Below, one piece after another: positions 26,305 to 39,765 of a DNA stretch of 64,000 nucleotides. The first letter of the stretch is position 1; every line of letters starts with the position of its first letter. Source of the DNA: Negaprion brevirostris (lineage: Eukaryota); the NCBI GenBank assembly GCA_030324005.1, contig JARDVH010000073.1:31919317-31983316 (forward strand), read 5' to 3'. A model generated the notes under the pieces. The model did no database searches. It was not told where the DNA came from and worked only from the letters and a program-made list of their open reading frames with translations. A program made the position numbers and the translations under genes.

Positions 26305-26725
26305 CTAAAAGCAAATTTAAAAGATTTTGTAAGTCTACATAATGCTTTCTGCCTTAGGCCACTCTGCATAGCAGTGTTGTTGATTACAACAGCCACTAAC
26401 CACACATGGCTGACGGGGAAATCAAGACATAACTAATTGCATTAGTAAATCATGTGATTTCAATAATTGCACAAACGTAACCTTTTTACGTTGGTGAGGT
26501 ACTAATACAGAAAAGCAGAATGATGTGTTTTCTGAATCTTTGAAGCAGCTTCTGGTCACCTGTATATATAGCTTGATGTCAGATTTTGTTTGATAACGCT
26601 CCTATTACGCTCCTTGGAACATCTTACTGCGTTAAAGGTACAATGGAAATACAGATGTTTCATGAGTGCTTTGCTTCCTCGGTTTCTGAACAATGATTAA
26701 TGTTTGTTAATTAAATCTATGTGTA

Positions 26726-26913
26726 AAGTCCAAAGATGTACAGGTTAGGTTGATTGGCCATACTAAGAAATTGCCCCTTAGTGTCTAGGGATGCGTAGGT
26801 TAGAGGGTATAAAATACGTAGGGATATGGGGGTAGGGCCTGGGTGGGATTGTGTTTGGTGCAGACTCGATGGGCCGAAGGGCCTCTTTCTGCACTGTAGG
26901 GTTCTATGATTCT
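26726..26913 (+). mobile_element. HE1-type SINE, 3' half
   Basis: 'ccaaagatgtacaggttaggttgattggccat...gggccgaagggcct...ttctatgattcta', homologous to 60524-60832. Confidence 0.8.
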
Positions 26914-27527
26914 AAAGTGCCATTTACCCATATTGTGCAAATATATGCAAGATGATTTCCACTAAAAATAGTGCATGTGGCAAAAAATGGGGTCACTAAC
27001 TATTCACCTGCAGCTAGTCAGTAATTTCCATTTAACAGCTTTCATATCGTGTATTTTTACAATATCTTCTGAATATACATTTCTAAGTTAATTCTACAGA
27101 TTTCCAGCAACATTTTTTTATTTGTTCCTCATGAGCACAGAAGAAATCCTGTAAGCACTAACATATCTCGACATCATTAGACACTGCTAGAGATCAGTTG
27201 GACTGTTCCAGTGTCAGATAGGATTGCTATACCAGTGGAAAAATTTACATTGCAGGACAAAATGAAAATGTTACCCACCCAATTCACAAATAATTGTGAC
27301 CAATGCCGATTTGGAGTGTTGCTACATGTTATATAGCATAGTGCTCAAATATTTGCTGTGGCAAAGTAAACAGAAGAAAAATCATCTGGCGCGTGAGTTA
27401 TACAATCTGGATTGTCAAGAATAGATTGCTGTAGGTAGCCCAAAGCACACAGGAAAGGAAAACATAACATTGTAAGAACTTGAAAAAGAGGAGCCTGGGG
27501 AAAATGGAAAGTGTGGAACGCATTTCA

Positions 27528-27844
27528 GGCAGCATGGTGGTACAGCGGTTAGCATTGCTGCCTCAGAGCACCAGGGGACCCAGGTTCAATTCCAACCTCA
27601 GATCACTGTCCCTGGAGTTTGCACGTTCTCCCCGTTTTGCGTGGGTTTCCTCCGGATTCTCCGGTTCCCTCCCACAGTCCAAGGGTGTGGGCTGGGTTGA
27701 TTTGCCATGCTAAATTGCCCCTTAGTGTCTGGTGAGTAGCAGGGTAAGTACTTGGGGTACAGGGTAGGGCCTGGCAGGATTGTTGTTGGTGCAGACTCAA
27801 GGTGGCTGAACGGCCTCCTTCTGTACTGCAGGGATTCTATGATT
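27528..27844 (+). mobile_element. HE1-type tRNA-derived V-SINE, full length
   Basis: Head ggcagcatggtggtacagcggttagc, B box GGTTCAATTCC, V-domain 'gagtttgcacgttctcccc...gtgggtttcctccgg', CR1-like tail. Confidence 0.88.
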
Positions 27845-28034
27845 TTTCTAATGATTTTGAATAATCATCCTCATTGTGTAGTCATTGTGCAGTCAAATTG
27901 TGATTAATCAGAAACAAAAAGACTATGCTTGCAACAACAGCACTTCACAGATGATTTAACATGGTATTTTCCTTCCTTTCCTCCCCTTGCCTCCTTCTTG
28001 AAGCCCTTCCAAAATATTGTTTTTCTCCTTCTAC

Positions 28035-28225
28035 CTGATAAGTCACTGCTCTCTATGCGACGGAGATCAGAGTCAGCCCAGAAGAGTTTGCCAAGTTTGT
28101 TGTCGATAGCGAGTGCAACTGGTTTACTTAGCCCACTGAAGAACAGAACTTCACGCTCTGTACCATCCAATGCAGCACGCTCTATTCTTGGTGATCTATC
28201 TTGAAGGTTAGTGAAATACATGTAC
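28035..28225 (-). CDS. LRP6: LRP6 exon 15
   Basis: [41 protein letters not shown]...SSDLS; ctgtag|GT ... CAG|gtagaa; 191 nt. Confidence 0.97.
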
Positions 28226-28351
28226 CTACAGGATTTTGTTTGATAGAAGGAAAGAAGAAAACAATAATTTAATATCAAACTTGCCAAAGTCACCCCTGAC
28301 AATAGCTTCATCAACAACATCTCAGAATCAAATGCCAAATTTAAGTTATAC

Positions 28352-28563
28352 CCCCGCTCTGGATTCACGATAATTGCCCTTGGCCTGTCTTGTTCTCCTC
28401 TCAGAACCACGCCTATTGGTTTGCCATCCAGCCTTGTGACGTTTATAACATTAGTCGCTTCGCAGGTCCAAAAGATGTAACGGCTGTAGATATCAATACT
28501 GAGGTCATAAGGCTGCATGTCCAAGTTTTGATTGGGAATTGCACTGGTCACAACTGTAAAACT
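28352..28563 (-). CDS. LRP6: LRP6 exon 14
   Basis: [35 protein letters not shown]...NPERG; ctgcag|AG ... GGG|gtataa; 212 nt. Confidence 0.96.
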
Positions 28564-29011
28564 CTGCAGTGAAAGTAAACAACTAAATAATGGCAGCTCA
28601 TTCACAACCATAATCTTTCAAAAAATAAAACAATTAGGTTAAAAAGGGATTAATAATTACAAAATTATATTGGAATAAGAATTTCTAAGCAATATGGCTA
28701 ATTTAACTTTAGTCTTAAGTTTTTGAAATAGGTTGCCCATTTTACGTACTCTTCTTTCAGCACAATCTGAGCAGTGTCAACCATGGATTTATAAAATGGA
28801 AATGTTCTTGGGAGACTCTAACGAATAAACTAATTATTTCAAATGGCGGTAATGCTATTTGTAATAGATCACAATAGGAAAACAGTGTATTAACCAATTG
28901 TTATTCATTTCTCCTAGTGTTTGAAAGAAGGGAAGAAATCCAAATACTGGGTTAATGCATGCGGCTCAAGACAGAAATATTTTTGTCTGGGCTCCCCCTA
29001 TTAACACAAAC

Positions 29012-29214
29012 CTGAGTTCCATCCTCCTGTGCTCTCCTGATAACATTTTGGCGAGAGTCGATCCAGTACAAATGTTTATCTACAGGATCATAATCAATGG
29101 CCCTGACGTTTCTCAGACTATGAATGGGAAGAATGATATCGGGACTCTGTTGTTCATCAATAACCATTCGATTAATTGCATTCTTTTGGCTGAAGAGTAG
29201 AAATGAAGTTGGAG
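29012..29214 (-). CDS. LRP6: LRP6 exon 13
   Basis: [43 protein letters not shown]...EDGTQ; ttgcag|CT ... CAG|gtttgt; 203 nt. Confidence 0.97.
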
Positions 29215-29753
29215 CTGCAAGATGATAATATCACTTTGTTAGGTTGGACTAGCTACTAAAAAACTTCAGTAAAGAATAATAATCAACTGCTTGAACTACC
29301 AAATTTGATGAAAATCTATGAAAAATGTTAAAGCAAGTTTCTTACAAGCTTAGTTCTAAAATTAGATTATTTTCCAAACGACCACATGCAAATCGTCACC
29401 TTGTTCACTATGCATAAATCCTGCAATTCGTAACAATAAATGTAACATATAACTTACAACTGTGAGGAATCTTCTAACCATGTGCAAGATGCAATAGTTT
29501 TAAAATATAATTGCTTTAGTAGACGGAAAGAAACCAGAGTTTTTAAATGCACGTTTTTATCTTTTACTTTCCATTTTCAAAGAACATGCATATTTGGAAA
29601 TGCATTTGTCAGTTTTGCTGTGAGCCAGCAGTCTGGTTAAGATGAGAAATTTAATGTCACTGCTTCCCTCTCCCCATTGCTATAGTGTCCCATTACAGAG
29701 NNNNNNNNNNTATAATGAAACTGCCAAGTTTAAGAGACAATAAGATTTCTTAC

Positions 29754-30080
29754 GGCTACAGGTTTTGTTGTCCACGTTCAAGTAGTAGTGAGCAGGGCAG
29801 CCACAAACATAACCAACGGTTGGCATAGCTAAACACAAATGAGAACAATGTCCGTTGCTTGAGGCACACTCATTCCAACCACCTTGCCTTGAAGAATGAA
29901 ATACTAGTATGTCCATTACATAATCTAAGTGGCCTTGAATAATTGTGCGATTTTGGCCACTAGTTTTGTTGGCTCGTTCAATACTGCGGCGGCTCCAGTC
30001 TGTCCAATAAATATAGTCCTGGTATTGGGTTAAACCAAATGGGTGAGGCAAGTCATCTGCAATAACTTCACGGTCCAGAC
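29754..30080 (-). CDS. LRP6: LRP6 exon 12 (end of propeller 3, EGF 3)
   Basis: [38 protein letters not shown]...CSHLCLA...NKTCS; ttgtag|GT ... GCC|gtaaga; 327 nt. Confidence 0.98.
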
Positions 30081-30270
30081 CTACAAGACACCCAGTTATC
30101 ATCATATTAGGCAGTTTATTTTTCAGGTCAAACACTTTACAGTGCAATTGCTCATTTTTATATATGTTGTCAATTAAACCAAACCATTGAATACACAGAT
30201 AATAGCTGTGTGCTGCCTATAATTTGTAAAAACATTTTCCTCAATTCCCTCCTCAATATGACAGAAACTA

Positions 30271-30818
30271 TGGGCTGTGATTCGCCCCAAAAAGAAAGAG
30301 CCCAATGGGTGAGGAAACAAGGGAATTTGCCACCCTCTACCTGAACGAATCTCCAATACGCTAATGCACAGAGTGGCCGAGACTCACACCAGGAAGGGGG
30401 AAGGGCTCATCCCGCTATCACCACAGTTCAGAGGGCACCTATGTATATGCACNNNNNNNNNNNNNNNNNNNNNNNNNNNNNNNNNNNNNNNNNNNNNNNN
30501 NNNNNNNNNNNNNNNNNNNNNNNNNNCCCCACCGCCACCCTCTCAGGAGGCCCCAGTGGCCTCTGTCCCCACCAGAGAGGTGAGTACACCTGTTATGTGT
30601 TGGTGGGGAGAAGTTGTAAACCCCTCTGGTAGGGACTTCTTCCAACCAAGGATGGGGTGGGAGTTTGGAATTGCTAGCTAACCATATTGAAATAACGATT
30701 TTAACATGCAAATCACCTCCACGATGATTTCCAGCATGGGGCTTATTAGGCGAAAGAAAGACATCACCCCACCCCCCCAAAACTTCTCCTGGCTCGTTCC
30801 TGGAAGAATTCCTGCCAT
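30271..30818. mobile_element. GC-rich MITE-like insertion (contains N gap)
   Basis: GC-rich island in an AT-rich intron, with ends 'tgggctgtgattcgcc' and 'ggaagaattcctgccat'; TIRs imperfect. Confidence 0.4.
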
Positions 30819-30851
30819 AGAATGAAACCAATATCGAATTCAAGAAAGTCA

Positions 30852-31163
<312 letters not shown>

Positions 31164-32443
31164 TTAGGACAAAATAAAACATTGGCATTACAGTGCAATG
31201 TGAGGGTACTGCTAGTCAAGTACAGATCCTACCCATTGCTACATTGGTGAAGCTTGGTGCTTCTGTCAAGGGAGGCAGGAAAACAATTTAATAATGGCAA
31301 CTGAGTCATCCTTGCCCACTTTTCCGTTCATCCCATCAGCCAAATATAGCCAAGTACAGGTAAGGAGAGCAGGTCACCGTTCCAACCTGGAAAGGATGCT
31401 GGATATGGGAACTTAACTTAAAGGATATTTAAAACTTCATATTGCTTGCTGTATCTTATACATCTGAAATTCTCAAACTGGGATCTGTGAATCCCTGGGG
31501 ATCTGCAGCGACTTCACAGGGAGTCCTGCCAAGCAGGGTTGGTCTTGTAGGTGGGGCAACCACCCAAAGCATAGAGGTTAGCATTCCGAACTCACCTTGC
31601 CACCACAAAGGACTATCTCCTGCTACTTAAGACATTGAACTTTTGGTTAAAAGCCTCATGCAGAGTGGTACGGCAAATGTTAACCAGGTCTGCTACCATT
31701 TGCATTGGTGAATTTTCACTTAGGGAGATGCACAAAGCTGTCAAACTAGTCTCAGACTACCCTTTAACCAATCTCCCAGTGTTCTACTAGATGTTTTACT
31801 AGATGGAATAAACAAAGCTCCATTTTTAATTAGATTAGATTTTTGTCTGTGTTTTGAGGAAACCTCATTCTACAATTCTATTCACCTTTCCTGAAAAATA
31901 CAAGAAACATTAGTTTTTATGTCAAATGATTTACAGGCTTCATTGTCAAAGATCACACCAAGGATAGGAAGACTCTGCAGTGACAAGCAATTATGTAAAA
32001 AAATACCCTTTACATGCAGCACTTTTTACATTAATACTATAAGATGCAAGGTCCTTGATCACCAATTTGGCAAGACAGCCTTCAACATGAAAAACCTTAG
32101 AATTGTTGCCTTACGTAGCAACTTTGTACATAAACTGCTCTCACCACTAGCAATACGTGAAAACTTTACTGTAATTACCATAGTAATTTTGCATTACTAA
32201 GGAGGTCAAATTATTTTTTAAAAAAACTGTAGTGGTTATATAAAGTTCATCTTTTCAAAGTCAATATTCAATTTCCAGATATAACAAATCTAAGCTGAAA
32301 TTAATCCTCCAGGCAGAAACGCTTTGAGACAGGCTGGACTAATTGATCATCAATGTTAATGAAGTGACTTTTGGGCACCTTCAGGAAAACTCGATTTTAC
32401 TTCAAAGCTAGGAGAATGCCACTGAACAGTTCTGCTGACTTAC

Positions 32444-32670
32444 CCTTGGGCAGGATCCAATGCCAAAGCTCTGGGGCTGTCCAGATCCTTCCACACCAGT
32501 ACTTGCCTATGCTGTCCATCCAGCCTCGCAACTTCAATTCGATTGGTTCCTGTATCAGCCCAGTACAAGTTCTTTCCCAACCAGTCTACTGCCATTCCTT
32601 CGGGGTAATCAAGCCCAAATTCTACAACATGCTCCAGGGAACTCCCATTCATGAAAGCCCTGCTAATGGT
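32444..32670 (-). CDS. LRP6: LRP6 exon 10
   Basis: [41 protein letters not shown]...ALDPAQG; ttgcag|AC ... AGG|gtaagt; 227 nt. Confidence 0.98.
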
Positions 32671-33440
32671 CTGCAAAGTAGAACAAGAGATATACAATAT
32701 ATTTGCTTCAATGTATCTAGGATCTGAAAGACAATGAGGGGCTGTTTATCTTTGTTATCTGTTTCTTGGTATTTATACTGTGGTGATGACAATCATATCA
32801 ATTTTACTTTCCTCTGAATATTACTTTCATCTGCAGAGATATACTTTGACTTTAAAAATAAAGACCTACTTCTATGCAACAAGGAAAATATATAAAGTAA
32901 CATGTTAATATTGTTGTCTTCCTATCTTCAGAATCATATATTTTCAGTCTAAATTTGGTCAGTCACCAATGGGTTAAAATGTGCTTAAATAACTGGTGTT
33001 GACTTTATATCAGCATAATAATCAGGTTCACATTCACCCTCCAAGCAAGTCAGACTAATTACAGAGAAGTATGTATCTTTAAAGTAATCAAAATTACTGG
33101 ATCCATCATCTTTTACGTCATGGATTTTAATTACTAAAAACTGCTTGTGATGCATTGCATTATAAATGAATTGAAACATTTAAGTAAGAGAGAGCGTGAT
33201 TTTATTTTTCCCTTCTCATTTGAGTTATAGCAATAACTGTTCTTTAAAAACAATGCACAAATATTCAACTGCACTATCCAGGCTCATGGCTTTCTTTCCC
33301 AGTGTGTTAGAAGTACAGGTTATTTTTATACTGAGGCTGCAATTATTATTCCAGCAGCATCCTGCGGGAGCCCATTAGCTCTGGCAGCTCAGAGAGGCAC
33401 ACAGATACCAGAGAAGCAGCAGCAGCAGCAAGGCTTTTCA

Positions 33441-33878
<438 letters not shown>

Positions 33879-34406
33879 TTATTAAACTATTAATACATAC
33901 ATGGCTGTATTCTTCACCTGCAAATACAACACAAGAATAAGCAGCATTTCTCAAAAATCCAAAAGGAACGGATGCAATTTTTTAAAGTACTGTTTGAAGT
34001 AAAATGGGTTGCTCCCTAGAAAATTACCCCTTGGATTAGCCCTCAAGGTTAAATGAACGATAACAGTTTCTCCCTAGTTCCCAAGCATTTCCCAATAGCA
34101 CAATTAAGAAAGGCCTGTCTACTGAAATTTCCATGGAGAACTCAACACTGCTTCTTAGCAGCAACACGCGTTCCATTCAGTCCCGTTTATCCAGCATGGA
34201 AACATCAAGAACAAAAAAAATGGTCTTTTAAAAAAAATGTTGGATTGGCCATTAGAGTCTTTANNNNNNNNNNNNNNNNNNNNNNNNNNNNNNNNNNNNN
34301 NNNNNNNNNNNNNNNNNNNNNNNNNNNNNNNNNNNNNNNNNNNNNNNNNNNNNNNNNNNNNNNTTTTAAAAAAAATGTTGGATTGGCCATTAGAGTCTTT
34401 ACTCAC

Positions 34407-34623
34407 CCAAGATCCGATGAACATTTGTGGCCTTTAAGCCCATCAGATCAGGCAGCTGGTCAATGATTATCTGTCGCTCAGCAGATGTTTTGTCAACACG
34501 TTCAATGCTGCGGCGCTGCCAGTCTGTCCAGTAAATGTAATTGCCCAACAGAGTAAAACCAAAGATGTGCGGTAATTTATCCTCAACGAGGACACGCCTA
34601 CCAGTGCCATCACAATTCATTAC
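34407..34623 (-). CDS. LRP6: LRP6 exon 8
   Basis: [43 protein letters not shown]...; aaatag|GT ... TGG|gtgagt; 217 nt. Confidence 0.98.
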
Positions 34624-36059
34624 CTATTTTACACAAAAAAAGACAAAATGTGCATTGAACAATAAAGTACATAACTATCAAGGGCACAGTTTTGTTTGTG
34701 ATGGTGTTTAAATTACAAATGGTGAGTGTTGCAAGTTAGTTCCCCTTTTCATCCACCTGATACCAGGACGACATTAAACAATGATCAAAATATTTCTGGA
34801 AAGTTAATGAATCTTCCTCCACACACGGGAAGAAGAATACTTGACATCTTACAGACGGTGCTTAATGAGTTAAGCATTAGGTTGTGAAACAAAACCTTAA
34901 AGGTGGTAACCTCTATTGCTTCCACTGATAGGTTAAGGAGCGAAAGATTAGGAAAGTTAACTTACGGCTGCAGGGCTCAAGCAGGACAGCTGGGTTTTAG
35001 ATATCAGTTTTTAGATAGCAAAGCAGACATTAGAAACATATGGAATAATTGCGATAGGTAAGTATATCTATTTGGTTTTGAAAATTGAACAGGCTTCAAG
35101 ATGGATAAGTCATTGGGTCCTAATGACGAGTACTTTTAAAGAAATCAGAAAAAAAAAGGCTTGTGCGTTGTATCAGAGCTGCATTATACCATAGAGTTAG
35201 CACAGCCTTCTTGTTCAAGGAAGGAGAGCTAGCCAAATGAGCTAACCATCAACCTGTTAACATAATACAAGTTGTGAGTAGTTTGAGAGTTTATAATTAA
35301 AGACCAATTAGTAAGTAGTATTCAAAGATCAGCCTAGATTTGTTAAAAGTCTGGTCAGGTATAGTAAATGAGTTTTTTCTTAAGATGTAACTAATGAGAT
35401 AAGATACAGGGAATGCAGTAGATGTAGGTGTCTTTGGATTTTCAGAAGGCCAGTAGTACAAATTCTCACAAGAAGCATGTTTACTGATACAGTCTAAATT
35501 GTCTTTTGGCTATTTCTGTACAGAAAAGGCTTACATATAGATTTCAACAAGTATTCCAAGCAAAAACTATTCAAAGTACTGGACAGATTGGCGAATGAGT
35601 ATTTAAAAAGTACAGGAAAGGCAGCTGTTTAGCCTGGATTCCAAACAATAGCCAGCGTGCTAACAATGTCTCGCCATTCAGGAAGATGCCAAGCACCTTA
35701 GTGTAATCAAACTCTTTCAATCTTGACTAGCTTGTGTAGCAACATTTGGAAAAATCAGGACACTGACAAACAGCAAGGGAGAAGCCTCTTTCCTGATCAG
35801 AAAAAAAGTTGTGGTTTTATGTTAAGAGTCCAAAGTGGGCTCATAGATACCACTTTTTATTTTGTAACAGTTGAACCGATTGTACCAATTGGTTCTCATC
35901 ATGCTCTGTATATGTTGCTTACTGTGGAATAAAGCTACCAATTATTGAAACAAAATCAACCCAAATGCTCCCTGATCTTTTGTAGATACATGGGAATTAA
36001 CTATGGTAGAAAGGCATCAAGAGTGCTTAAGGGAGTGATTGAGACCACAGAACACAAGG

Positions 36060-37560
36060 AGCTATTGATAATTGCCTTCTTCTTAGGCAGTGCCTCAACC
36101 CCAAGGATGACTTAGTTTCCCCCAGTTGAAGATGGCTGTTTGGTCTAAAGAGCAAACGGCATATTGCCACATGTGCCTGAAGGGTTCGAGAGGTGAATTG
36201 TATGGAAAACTGCACTTTCTTGATGCCAACTCTTGACTGGTTTGCTGCCTTCCCCCAGTGAATATTCTCCATTTTCTTGTTAAGCCTGGGAGACACCTTT
36301 GAGTCAGCGTGGCTGTCTGATCTTTTCAGGAATGATGAAAGTACATCTCTAAAACATTTCCACTCTCCTCCTGGGGTAGAATAGTTGCTTCAGGAGTCTG
36401 GTGGCATGCATACAAATGACATGTTCCATTCAGCAGAACTATTTTTGAGTTAAATGCACCATGATCTGGGCATGTTGCCATTGGAGAGGACCTGTTCCAC
36501 TACCTTGCTTTCCACCAAATCTGAAGAATTTTGCAAAGTTAGCACTGGTGGTACTTCTCCAGTATTTCTAAGTGCCTGATGTAGCTTGGCCAAGTCTCCA
36601 TGGCATCATAGGGTGTGGGGGCCACTGCTGCCCAGTAAACCACAACCCTAGTCTTTGGTTTGCGATCACAACCCTCAAATATTCTTTTCCTCAGTGGGCT
36701 GAAGGTTGAGCTGGCATATTGGAAGCAATTATGAATTTTGTCATTTATGGCAGCTCCCAAGATATGGAAAGTGGTCCACATTTTCCACAATCTCATCACT
36801 GATCTTAATAGATTGGTGGTGAGAGAAGACCGTGCGCATGAGAGCACGCGGGCATGGGGATGGGGAGCAGAGAAGTATCCTTGCAACAGGCAGCAAGGAG
36901 ACTTCTCTGTAGTTACAGCAATCAACTTTGTCTCCATTTTTGAATACTGTCATAATCACAGCTTCCCTCAGATCTCACGGCATGCACTCCCCTTCCCAGA
37001 TGAGAGATACATGAGGTTGTGTCACCACACTAGAATTGTTTTAAGAGTTGTGGCAGGAATTCCACCTGTGGAGCGGATGGAATTTTTAATTATTTTTCAG
37101 CTATTGAATGGTATTTTCAAGTTTGCTCCGTTGGGTTAGAGGAATCAAGTTGAGGACATTCAAGTTGAAGACCTTACCAGAATTTTACCCTCCTGCCCGC
37201 CACGGGATTTGGAGTGGGCAAAATGTGGACAATGGGAAGATCCATTGACCAGGGGTGGGATTTCATGTTTGCGGGATGAGAGAGACCGTAAAATTCCACC
37301 TACAATCTCAGTTCAGGAGTTCTTCAAAATGAACCAACTGCCTCTTGTCCTTGATGAGTTCCCTTCCATGCCTGCCTCTGTGGGTGGGCCATTGAGTGCT
37401 TTATCTATAGATTGTCTTGACAGTGCTGAAAAAGCCACACATGTTGTTGGTGTTTGGGAGTTGCTGGAATTCCCACATTCTTTCTATCCACCATTTGTTC
37501 TTATATGTACTGTGACCTTCAGGTGCCTGTAAGACTGCTGATTTTCTCTGGAAAATCTAT
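36060..37560 (-). mobile_element. RTE-clade LINE relic with internal deletion
   Basis: IMTVFKNGDKVDCCNYREVSLL (RT start) is joined almost directly to ENVDHFPYLGS (RT end); RVGIKK C-terminal-like region near 36230. Confidence 0.7.
37174..37301. mobile_element. MITE-like element nested in the RTE relic
   Basis: TIR cores gaattttac (37180-88) and gtaaaattc (37288-96). Confidence 0.55.
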
Positions 37561-38016
37561 GGCACATCTGACTTTGTAACAGCAAGAGGATAAAACATTA
37601 CAACACAAATCAAAAGAGATTTAGAATAAATGACTGTAGATGAGAGTGATAAAGCATTGAAAATGGTCTAATTGAAGGATAGGTCCATATGTTTTCTTTC
37701 ATATATGAAGATGGGTTGGACTTGGTTGGAAGACACAACCTCAAACTTTGAACGCAGAAGTACAAGGGTTTGAAAATCAATGAGCAGACCAGTAAAATGC
37801 TTTAAGAATATGTAGTCAGGCTAGTTCAACGGGCAGCTGCAATTTAATACAGATAACTTGAAGCAGGACACTCAGGGAAGAGACGAGAAGGACACTTAAA
37901 ACCCTGGAAAGCAGCGAGACAAAGGGGCTCATTATATATCTGTCTGAAATCAAAAACATTGGTAATCAAAGGCTAAGAAAATGCCCATAGAGATTGTGAT
38001 TTTAATCAGTAAGGAC

Positions 38017-38955
38017 AGGCAACAACGCCTCCTCCATGATTATACTCAACAACGGTGCTCCACAAAGCTGTATCCTCAGCCCCTTACTATATTCCTTATA
38101 CACCTATGACAGGATGTCCTTCAACTCGATTTTCACATTTGCTGATGTCACCACCGTACTGGGTCGGATCTCAAACAATGAGACGGACTACAGGAAAGAG
38201 ATAGAGAATCTGGTGAACTGGTGCAACGACAATAATCTATTCCTCAATGTCAGGAAAACGAAGGAGATAGTCATGGACTTCAGGAAGCATAGTGGAAGAC
38301 ATGCCTCTGTCTACATCAATGGGGATGAAATGGAAATGTTCAACAGCTTCACGTTTTTAGGTGTCCAGGTTACCAACAAACTGTCCTGGTCCCTCCATGC
38401 CAACGCTATAGTTAAGAAAGCCCACCAACTCCCCAAGACTAAGGAAATTTGGTTCTCACCAATTTTTACAGATGCACCATAGAAAGCATCCTTTCTGGAT
38501 GTATTACAGCTTGGTACCGCTTTTGCTCTGATCAAGACCGCAATAAATTACAAAGGGTTATGAAAGTAGCCCAGTCCATCATGCAAACCACCCTTCCATT
38601 CCATCTAAACTTCCCACTGCCTTGGAAATGCGGTCAGCAAATCGAGGACTCCGTGCACGCCAGACACACTCTATTCTACCCTCTTCTGTTGGGAAAAAGA
38701 TACAAAAGCCTGAGATTGCATACCAACTGACTCAAGAGCAGTTCCTTCCCTGCTGCTTTCAGACTTTAGAATGGACCTATTTTATATTAAGTTTATCTTT
38801 TTCTATGCCCTAGCTATGACTGTAATACTACATTCTCTACCCTCGCCTTTCCTTCTCCCCTATGTATTCTATGAACAGTACGCTGCGTCTGTATAGTGCG
38901 CAAGGAACAATATTTTTCACTGTGTACCAATAGATGAGACAATAATATATCAACT
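38017..38955 (+). mobile_element. Rex1/Babar LINE, 5'-truncated
   Basis: GAPQSCILSPLLYSLYTYD..FADVTTVLG..WCNDNNLFLNVRKTKE; LTNFYRCTIESILSGCITAWY; tail like 13727. Confidence 0.9.
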
Positions 38956-39580
38956 AAATACAGGAATAATGAAGTCACAAAAAACATTGCTTAGTCCACA
39001 ATTTGGGGCATCAAATTAGAGAAAGGACACGAAAGCCACAGAGCCCCCTGTGCCTAGCCAATCCTCCACCTCTGTGTGCTACTATCTTTTCTCTCCCCAC
39101 TGTCACAGCCAACAGTCAAAATTATTAACCTAAATGTGTAGGACAGGGGGCAGACACAACCCCAATCTCACCATCACACTCTAGTGGATTGAGCTTGTGT
39201 ACTACTGTAATGCCTGAAGTAATGCAAGTTAAGAATTCCTTAAAAACAGAAACTGCTTTTTTCCCCTTCGATTTACTTCAGAATAAAACGAAGGCTTGAG
39301 TTGCTTTTTTACAGCAAAACCATTATGAATTCTCAATTCTTGTAATCCAATTTAACAGAAAAAATGCTGGAATTGTGGAAGCAAAACACCATGCAAGATC
39401 TGCATTATGAATATTAAAATAATTTCTGAAATAAAACTATTAAGTTTTTAATTAAAACTAAGCCAATCTGTGTTGCTTTCTACCATGCCAAGTTCCAGAT
39501 GCTACTTCTGCTCATTTGAGATAAAAGCAGGTGTTCTAGATAACGGAAAAATAATCCATATAGCTCCTTGCCATAGTAGT

Positions 39581-39765
39581 GTAAACACAGTAAGAAGTCT
39601 CACAACACCAGGTTAAAGTCCAACAGGTTTATTTGGTACAAAAGCCACTAGCCAATACTTTTGTTACCAAATAAGCCNNNNNNNNNNCTTCAGCCTGGTG
39701 TGGTGAGACTTCTTACTGTGTTTACCTTAGTCCAACACTGGCATCTCCACATCATAACAGTGCAT
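39581..39765. repeat. Penelope-type inverted pseudo-LTR relic (hairpin)
   Basis: gtaaacacagtaagaagtctcacaacaccaggttaaag (39581-618) is the reverse complement of cttcagcctggtgtggtgagacttcttactgtgtttac (39688-726), with 3 mismatches. Confidence 0.65.

Noticed and set aside
32371-32727. Plus-strand ORFs overlapping LRP6 exons (also 27929-28204, 51912-52265, 56014-56532)
   Set aside because: Antisense shadow ORFs of coding exons or ORFs extended by N runs; no independent coding signal.
33415-33430. (AGC)5 run just inside intron 9
   Set aside because: Too short to be meaningful, and non-coding.
34225-34401. ~38-nt direct repeat (ttttaaaaaaaatgttggattggccattagagtcttta) on both sides of a 100-N gap
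   Set aside because: Exact copy flanking a default-size gap: most likely an unmerged contig overlap, not a real duplication.
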